From: Methanobacteriota archaeon
GTDB lineage: Archaea; Methanobacteriota; Methanobacteria; Methanobacteriales; Methanobacteriaceae
Length of the DNA stretch: 64,000 bases
Direction: 5' to 3'
Assembly (NCBI GenBank): GCA_963787255.1
Contig: CAWBCJ010000029.1
Span: 864,001 to 928,000 of the forward strand
Shown: piece by piece, positions 57,433 through 64,000 of the stretch
Layout: each line of letters begins with the position of its first letter
How positions within the stretch are numbered: position 1 is the stretch's first letter
Position numbers and translations under genes: made by a program
The notes under the pieces: model-generated
What the model was told of the DNA's origin: nothing
Databases searched by the model: none
The model's input: only the letters and a program-made list of their open reading frames with translations

Positions 57433-58575
57433 TCATGTCCTCTTTTCTTCTTTTTCTTCTTTTTTAATTTTAATTTCCGATAAATCCTGCACGATGTTCT
57501 TGATGCCACAGCTGTTTCCAACACCAAGTACAAGAATATTAATGTCATCTGAAGAATTTAAAATTGATCTATTTACAACTTCAAGGGCTTTCTCTGCAGA
57601 ATCCAGGATTTTCTGGTTCATTGGGCTTATAGCTTCTTCAGGACTCATTTTCACAATAACTGCGTCAATATCCAGGTTTCTCTTGACAATTTCCTCTTCA
57701 ATTGCCCATTTATCTACTCCTAGGCCTCCAATTACAACTCCAATACCTTGCGCTACCTTTCCAGTTTCTTCTCCTTCAAGTTTAACTGCAGCATCAACTG
57801 TTATAATTTTATCTATATTTTCATTTTCAATAATTGATCTGACCACTTTTCCCACTTTTCCAACACGTGCTCCTGGACCTTTTGCACGTGCTATAATCAA
57901 TTTACGTTCATCCATACGTTTTCTAACAACGTACATGTCATCTATTACTTTAATTTCTTCACTTTTATAATCCTTCATAAGCATGCCTGCCACTAACGGC
58001 CCCAAACCATCCCCAATAGTCTTTCCTTCTGCAAATGCCTCTGTACCTTCAAACTGGGCCTTTACAATTCTCATAATCAGTGGAAGGCTCATTCGAAGAC
58101 TCAGTAATATCTGTAAGTTCCCTGTTTTTCTTGCAAGCTCTAAATTGTGCCTTACCTGTTTAGCAACACTATTAATTCCAAGAGTGGCTTTAAGGGTCAT
58201 TATAATATTTGCTTTGGTCTCTTCATCAGCCATGGGTGCTATAACATTTACCATTTGTTTAAATCTGTCTTCAGAGAGGTCTAAAATCTTTTCAAATTTA
58301 TTTACAATACCGTAAGGGTCAAGATTTACAGGAGGAACCACAAAAAAATCCATAAAATCTTCTATCGCTTCCGATTGGTCAAGAATAGGCTTTCCTTTTT
58401 CATTTGATAATTTTTTCAGGATTCCTTTTGATTCTTCAACCATATTTTCTAGTTCCAGCGTGGATTTTGTAACTCCGGATATGATTCGTATTCTTAAAAG
58501 CCATGGAAGAAGGAATATGAGCAAAACAAATACAAGTATTCCAATTATTTCCAGTGGACCTAAACCAAATAACAT
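57433..58575 (-). CDS. DUF1512 domain membrane protein
   Basis: N-terminal TM helix, PVNLDPYG, IGDGLGPLVA, VDAAVKLEGEETG, GVGN. Confidence 0.8.
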   Translation of the reverse strand: MLFGLGPLEIIGILVFVLLIFLLPWLLRIRIISGVTKSTLELENMVEESKGILKKLSNEKGKPILDQSEAIEDFMDFFVVPPVNLDPYGIVNKFEKILDLSEDRFKQMVNVIAPMADEETKANIIMTLKATLGINSVAKQVRHNLELARKTGNLQILLSLRMSLPLIMRIVKAQFEGTEAFAEGKTIGDGLGPLVAGMLMKDYKSEEIKVIDDMYVVRKRMDERKLIIARAKGPGARVGKVGKVVRSIIENENIDKIITVDAAVKLEGEETGKVAQGIGVVIGGLGVDKWAIEEEIVKRNLDIDAVIVKMSPEEAISPMNQKILDSAEKALEVVNRSILNSSDDINILVLGVGNSCGIKNIVQDLSEIKIKKEEKEEKRT

Positions 58576-58608
58576 TATGTTCCTCCAATTAACAAATAAT
58601 TTTAATAA

Positions 58609-59307
58609 TTATTCCTTTAATTTCCCTCTTATTCTTCTTAAAGTCCCTATTAAGCTATGCGCTTCCCTTCCAGCAATAAATGCCCTTCCAACTATCCTTT
58701 TAAAAACTATAGAGGACGTTTTCATTTTATGAGGAGGGTAACCAGTATATTTAATTAAATTATCCATTTCTTCAATTAAAAGTTCTTTCTCAGCCTTAGT
58801 AGCGGCTTCAAGCTCTTCTCTAGGATATTTCTTTTCTCTTTTAAATATTTCGTACAGTATAATGGCTGCTGCATGTGATATATTTAAAACGGGATAGTTT
58901 TCGTCTGTGGGAATAGTTACAATAACGTCACACAGCGAAACCTCCTCATTGGAAAGTCCATTACCTTCCCTTCCAAATACTATGGCTGTCTTTGAATTAA
59001 CATTTAATGACTCAGCAAAATCTTCAGGTGTAACAGCTATTCTCGAAACATTATAGGTTCCACCAGCCATTCGAGTGGTTCCAACCGTAAAATCTATATT
59101 TTCTGCTTCTATGAACTCTTCAAGTGAATTATAAGCTTTATGATTCCATATTATTTCTTTGGCATGCATTGCCTGATAATAAGCTTCGTTTTCTAACTCA
59201 CACGGATTTATTAGTACTAAATTATAGAATCCAAAGTTTTTCATAGTTCTTGAAAGAAAACCTATGTTACCTGGTGATTCGGGCTCTACAAAAACTACAT
59301 AAATCAT
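58609..59307 (-). CDS. trmJ: TrmJ/TrmH-family SPOUT RNA methyltransferase
   Basis: PGNIGFLSRTMKNFG, VFGREGNGLSNEE, YPVLNISHA. Confidence 0.88.
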   Translation of the reverse strand: MIYVVFVEPESPGNIGFLSRTMKNFGFYNLVLINPCELENEAYYQAMHAKEIIWNHKAYNSLEEFIEAENIDFTVGTTRMAGGTYNVSRIAVTPEDFAESLNVNSKTAIVFGREGNGLSNEEVSLCDVIVTIPTDENYPVLNISHAAAIILYEIFKREKKYPREELEAATKAEKELLIEEMDNLIKYTGYPPHKMKTSSIVFKRIVGRAFIAGREAHSLIGTLRRIRGKLKE

Positions 59308-59350
59308 TGTTATACTCTCATAAACTTAATATTTGAAACACAAAAAACGG

Positions 59351-60841
59351 CTATTTTTCATAAGCCATTTCAAGAAGTTGTAATATATTCAATACGGGAA
59401 TATCAATGCCTTCTTCTTTTAAAGAAGCAATAATATTGTTTTGACAGAATGGACAGATGGTCACTACTGCATCTACATTGAGTTCTTTTATCATTTCAGC
59501 TTTTTTCTTACCTAAAGCTGCTGCTATTTCTGGTTTTCCTGAACGTACACCCCCACCAGCACCGCAGCACTGATTAGGCTCATCCATTTCCACGAATTCA
59601 AGTCCTTTAATTTTATTTAAAATTTCACGCGGTTCTTTGGTTATTCCCTGACCTCTTGCCAGGTGACAGGGGTCATGATATGTTACTCTCATGTTTAAAG
59701 GTTTCATATCTTCAGTGTTTAAACTGTCAACCAGAAATTCGCTAATATCAACTACATTCAGCTTAACGCCATATCTTGGATAGTCATTCTTTAATGTAGC
59801 TCCGCAACCAGCACATACAGTAACTATTGTATCATAACCTTCAAAAACTTCCTTATTTTTAGCTACAAGCTTTTCTACAATATCTGTCTGCCCTGTTCTA
59901 ATTAATGGAGAACCACAGCACACCTGTTCTTCAGGTACGATTACATCAATATTGTTATCCTCCAAAACCTTAAGTAATGCAAACCCTATCTCAGAGTGCC
60001 TATAATCAACAAGACAACCTGTAAAAAACGCTACATTGGGTTTTACAGCTTTGGTTTTCCCTGAAACGGCTTTAATGAAGCCTTCTCCAAGAGGTTCAAC
60101 TGATCTTCCGGTTTTTGCTATTAATTCTTTTACTTCCTTATGGGCTGGAAGTGGTCCCACGCCTTCGCGGCATGCAATTTCCCTTAATTTTTCAATTGCA
60201 CCACCTACAGGACTTATTTCTTTTGGACATATATCTTTACATTTTCCACAAGTGGTGCAGCAGTAAAGTCCTTCATCAAATCCTATTTTTGCTCTGTCAG
60301 CCTTGTCACGGGGATCAAGTGCAAATTTGGATATATAACGCATAAAGTAAGGTCCTGCATATTCTTCGGCTTCTTTTATAACAGGACATGCGGATAAACA
60401 TGAAAAACATTCTATACAACTTCTTAATTTCTTTGAATCAGCATATTCTTCAGGTTTTAGTATTTGGAGGCACATTTCACTATCTTGAGGAACATCATTT
60501 TCTTCAAGGTAAAGATGCATTTCTTTTATTTTATTTTCAATTTCGCTTCTGTCAACAACAAGGTCTTTAATAGTATCAAAGTCAAGGGGTTCGATAACTG
60601 CATTATCTTCTATTTCTGCCTTGCAGGCAAGCACAACCTGGCCGTTTACCTTTAAAGCGCATGATCCACACTGTCCAGCTCTGCAAGAACATCTATAAGC
60701 GATGTTAGCGTTATATTTCTGGTTAATATAATTTAAAGCGTCCAGAACCTTCATCTTTTCAGTTTTTTCAACTGTATATGTTTCAAAATATGGTTCTTCG
60801 TCTTTATGAGGATCATATCTTAGTACTTTAATTTCTATCAT
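59351..60841 (-). CDS. tfrB: Thiol:fumarate reductase (CoM/CoB) subunit B
   Basis: [2Fe-2S] SCRAGQCGSC, two [4Fe-4S] motifs, two CCG domains. Confidence 0.93.
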   Translation of the reverse strand: MIEIKVLRYDPHKDEEPYFETYTVEKTEKMKVLDALNYINQKYNANIAYRCSCRAGQCGSCALKVNGQVVLACKAEIEDNAVIEPLDFDTIKDLVVDRSEIENKIKEMHLYLEENDVPQDSEMCLQILKPEEYADSKKLRSCIECFSCLSACPVIKEAEEYAGPYFMRYISKFALDPRDKADRAKIGFDEGLYCCTTCGKCKDICPKEISPVGGAIEKLREIACREGVGPLPAHKEVKELIAKTGRSVEPLGEGFIKAVSGKTKAVKPNVAFFTGCLVDYRHSEIGFALLKVLEDNNIDVIVPEEQVCCGSPLIRTGQTDIVEKLVAKNKEVFEGYDTIVTVCAGCGATLKNDYPRYGVKLNVVDISEFLVDSLNTEDMKPLNMRVTYHDPCHLARGQGITKEPREILNKIKGLEFVEMDEPNQCCGAGGGVRSGKPEIAAALGKKKAEMIKELNVDAVVTICPFCQNNIIASLKEEGIDIPVLNILQLLEMAYEK

Positions 60842-61116
60842 TTCTATCTCCGTATTTTCCCTTAAAAAATTGATTAAAACAATTTAAAGGTTGTATTTAA
60901 TTAATGTGAATATATAAAAAATGGTCTAATTTAAGATAATCATATTCAATTTATAATATCTAATATTTATAATTGATTTTAAAATATCAATGTAGTTAGA
61001 ATAAAGGCTTATTTTTCAAAAAGTTAGTTTATATTGATTTATTTTTGATTTAAGAGTATTTAAACCAAAATATATTATGATAACTTTCATATAATATTAA
61101 TTACTTAGATAATAGC

Positions 61117-61848
61117 ATGCTTTCATTTAAATTTTCAAGTAAACTGGGGAATTATTTGGAAAAAATAGAAAAAGAAACTGGGAAAGAAGTTAAAATACTT
61201 GAAAGCCCTCATCTTGGGTTAAAAGGCATGTGGGCAGGTTATAGATATCATCCCTATTTTATCATTGTTATCATCCGGTCGGGTATTCAAAAGACAAATG
61301 AAACTTTAGAACGTTCCATTGCACATGAAGCAACTCATGGATATATTTTGTTTAAAAAAAAGTATTGCATGGCAGAATTCAATGATTCAACCGCAGAAAA
61401 TGAGAAGAGAGATGTTCAGATGATATTTACAATGGTTGACGATATTGTTGTTAATAAAATCATCTTTGAAAATGGTTTCAGTCCTTTTGGGGCAGAATAT
61501 CTGGCCGTGGTTCAAAAAGAAGTTGATTCCATGCTTGCAGGAGTAGATTTTTACAGGCAGTTTTCTGACGACCTTCTTTTCGATGATTTATTGATGATAA
61601 CACGTTATATCATAGCATGGGGATTTTTAGAATATTTTGAACTTTCCGAAGATGCATTTGAAATTCTTAAAAAATATACTGATGTTTTTAAGGATACTTA
61701 TCCTTTACAATATGATATTGCAAGCAAAATAAAGGTTATAATTACTAATAATGATATTTTTTCAAGTCATGGTCATTGTAAAGCTATGATAGATATTTTA
61801 AAGCTTTTAAAATTTTATGATTTAGTTAAAATAGTAAATGAAAGCTAA
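61117..61848 (+). CDS. Hypothetical HEXXH-motif protein
   Basis: SIAHEATHG motif with downstream acidic DD. Confidence 0.65.
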   Translation: MLSFKFSSKLGNYLEKIEKETGKEVKILESPHLGLKGMWAGYRYHPYFIIVIIRSGIQKTNETLERSIAHEATHGYILFKKKYCMAEFNDSTAENEKRDVQMIFTMVDDIVVNKIIFENGFSPFGAEYLAVVQKEVDSMLAGVDFYRQFSDDLLFDDLLMITRYIIAWGFLEYFELSEDAFEILKKYTDVFKDTYPLQYDIASKIKVIITNNDIFSSHGHCKAMIDILKLLKFYDLVKIVNES

Positions 61849-61958
61849 TTTGCAAAAAAATGGATGGTAATAAAAAATTTAATGGAATAAAAGATAAAAA
61901 TCAGGATTTAGTAATATCATCAAAATTAAAGATAAAACGCTGGAAATTAATAATGCGT

Positions 61959-62240
61959 TTAATTTAGTTTTGGCATTTCTCCATTTTTTTCTTTAAATTC
62001 TTTTAACAGTATGGTTTGTCTTATCTTTGAACTCTTTTTACTGTCATTTTCACGGAATCTAAAGTAAGAAATACTTTCTGTTTTATCTGATAAATGTGTT
62101 AAAAGGTTATGTATTAGTTTTCCTTCCCCTATATATATTACTTCTTTGTTTTTATCTGCTAACTGATAAACACCGTATGCATTAGGTAGTTGTTTAATAT
62201 TTTCTTCATTGAAATCAATCCATCGTTTTGATGCTGGCAT
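61959..62240 (-). CDS. Small GIY-YIG-like protein
   Basis: LPNAYGVYQL...IYIGEG; GGAGG RBS before ATG 62240. Confidence 0.65.
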   Translation of the reverse strand: MPASKRWIDFNEENIKQLPNAYGVYQLADKNKEVIYIGEGKLIHNLLTHLSDKTESISYFRFRENDSKKSSKIRQTILLKEFKEKNGEMPKLN

Positions 62241-62316
62241 TCCATACCTCCAATCAATGTCTTTATTTTTAATCTTAGTTTTTTGATGTATATAAGCGCT
62301 TCTGCTTTTTTTTTTA

Positions 62317-62889
62317 TCATGATGATTTAATCGGAATGTCTTTAATTGCAAACCAGTAAACTGAAAGTTCATTTTCTAATTTTTTATAATTAGGGAATTT
62401 GGAGGAAATTATATTCCAGAACTTCTTGCTATGATTCAATTCAACAAGATGTGATATTTCATGAAAAACAACGTATTCAATGAGATTTTTTGGCAGGTAA
62501 CTAAGATAAACATTAATGCTTATGTTCTTCCTGCTACTGCAGCTTCCCCATCTGGACTTCATTTTCTTAAAATAAACCTTATTTACACATACATTAAGCT
62601 CTAATGAAAATTTTTGGACAGTAACGTTTATTAAATCTTTAAATTCTGATTCACTACGATTATAATCAAGCTTAATTCTCTCTGCATCATCTTTCTTGCT
62701 ATTTATTTCTTGAAATTTCTTGTAAATCCATTTTTTATTTTTTTCTATGATTTTTTCATGATCAATGCACCCTTGAGGTGCAATAAGAATCAATTTGTTA
62801 TCCTTGATCTCTAAACGCCAGTATTTGACGTTTCGAGTGATGATATCATATTCAACTACTAAATCCAGAATTGTAACACTTTGTGGCAT
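62317..62889 (-). CDS. YgjP/DUF45 (M48-like) metal-dependent hydrolase
   Basis: MKSRWGSCS, YVVFHEISHLVELNHSKKFW. Confidence 0.9.
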   Translation of the reverse strand: MPQSVTILDLVVEYDIITRNVKYWRLEIKDNKLILIAPQGCIDHEKIIEKNKKWIYKKFQEINSKKDDAERIKLDYNRSESEFKDLINVTVQKFSLELNVCVNKVYFKKMKSRWGSCSSRKNISINVYLSYLPKNLIEYVVFHEISHLVELNHSKKFWNIISSKFPNYKKLENELSVYWFAIKDIPIKSS

Positions 62890-63045
62890 GTTGTTTCCTT
62901 AAGTTTTATAGATATTTTTATATCAATTATACAAAAGCTTAATTTAGATAATTGCATAAATAAAAATTTAATCTCATTCTAGTTATATCCATTGATAAAT
63001 AATAAAAACTAATTTAATTGCTATTAATCATTACAGGACGATATT

Positions 63046-64000
63046 ATGAACATAAAAAACATTTCACAAGGTAAAGATAAGGAAAAACTATTTCTTCTAG
63101 GTAATGAAGCTGCAGTTCGAGGCGCGGTTGAATCTGGAGTTTCAGTTGCCGCAACATATCCTGGCACACCTTCATCTGAGATAGGGGATGTTTTATCGAA
63201 GATTGCAAAGGATGCAGACATCTATTTTGAATTTTCAACCAATGAAAAAGTCGCACTTGAAGTTGCAGCGGCTGCAGCAGCTTCCGGATTGCGTTCATTC
63301 ACATTCATGAAACATGTAGGATTAAACGTGGCTGCAGATTCATTCATGAGCGTTGTTTATACTGGAGTAAACGGGGGAATGATTGTACTTTCAGCAGACG
63401 ATCCATCAATGTTTTCATCTCAAAATGAGCAGGATAACCGTCATTATGCAAGATTAGCTAACATCCCAATGATGGAACCCTCAAATCCTCAAGAAGTCAA
63501 GGATTTAATGAAATACGGATATGAACTTTCTGAAGAGTATAAACTCCCAATTTTAATGCGTACAACCACAAGAGTCTCCCATATGAGGGGTATAGTGGAA
63601 TTAGGGCCAGTGAAAACCAATAAAAAGACTGGTTACTTTAAAAAAGACCCTAAAAGATTTGTACCAGTGCCTTCTAGTGCACGGATAATGCACCAAGAAT
63701 TAGTTTCCAAGATTGAAAAAATAGAAGAAGTCATGAATAAATCTCCATACAATCAGATTTTTGATAATCATGGTAAAATAGGAGTTATTACTAGTGGAAG
63801 CGCCTTCAATTATGTGATGGACGTAGTTGATGAAAATAACCTTCCCGTAAACGTATTAAAGGTTACATTATCTTATCCCTTCCCTGAAAAACGTGTTTTA
63901 GAATTTATTGAGGGACTTGAAAGTGTAATTGTAGTAGAAGAAGTAGATCCAGTAATGGAAAGAGATGTTCTCGCCGTTATTGGTATGCATGGACTGAAAA
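63046..64000 (+). CDS. iorA: Indolepyruvate:ferredoxin oxidoreductase alpha subunit (runs off the window end)
   Basis: My translation: LLGNEAAVRG, YPGTPSSEI, STNEKVALE, MKHVGLNVAAD, DDPSMFSSQNEQDNR. Confidence 0.95.
   Translation, partial: MNIKNISQGKDKEKLFLLGNEAAVRGAVESGVSVAATYPGTPSSEIGDVLSKIAKDADIYFEFSTNEKVALEVAAAAAASGLRSFTFMKHVGLNVAADSFMSVVYTGVNGGMIVLSADDPSMFSSQNEQDNRHYARLANIPMMEPSNPQEVKDLMKYGYELSEEYKLPILMRTTTRVSHMRGIVELGPVKTNKKTGYFKKDPKRFVPVPSSARIMHQELVSKIEKIEEVMNKSPYNQIFDNHGKIGVITSGSAFNYVMDVVDENNLPVNVLKVTLSYPFPEKRVLEFIEGLESVIVVEEVDPVMERDVLAVIGMHGLK

Noticed and set aside
57432-57548. Poly-Lys N-terminal extension on dCTP deaminase
   Set aside because: Artefact of the longest-ORF start overlapping the DUF1512 gene; the real start is ATG 57431

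Overview
AT-rich chromosomal segment of a hydrogenotrophic methanogen. Gene content (hdrCB, tfrB, methanogenesis markers, a sortase-like protein, iorA) points to Methanobacteriales, probably Methanobacterium. Most of the window is housekeeping: hdrCB, dph5, trm5, mtnA, the mmp3-mmp6-DUF2111-mmp5-mmp15-mmp17-nifB operon, mmp2, nob1, moaB, pyrE, nucS, rfcS/rfcL, rnz, nadC, glyS, dcd, trmJ, tfrB and a truncated iorA. I found no rRNA, tRNA, CRISPR array or transposase. The best candidates for undescribed biology are: (1) a group-3c-like [NiFe]-hydrogenase operon that lacks mvhD/mvhB and instead encodes a 2x[4Fe-4S] ferredoxin and a V4R-domain protein, followed by a roadblock/LC7 protein (possible H2/redox-sensing module); (2) a roadblock / DUF1611-SepF-DUF2226-MinD-MinD cluster; (3) an HdrC with an amphipathic helix, an acidic linker and a retained internal start; (4) a blue-copper lipoprotein paired with a four-His membrane protein; (5) an RHH-like gene with a five-heptad array in its promoter; (6) a structured repeat element upstream of nob1. 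A bacterial-type SRPBCC/VOC island is decaying. Frameshifts in several conserved genes suggest indel errors in the assembly. All family assignments are from motif recognition by eye; no database searches were run.
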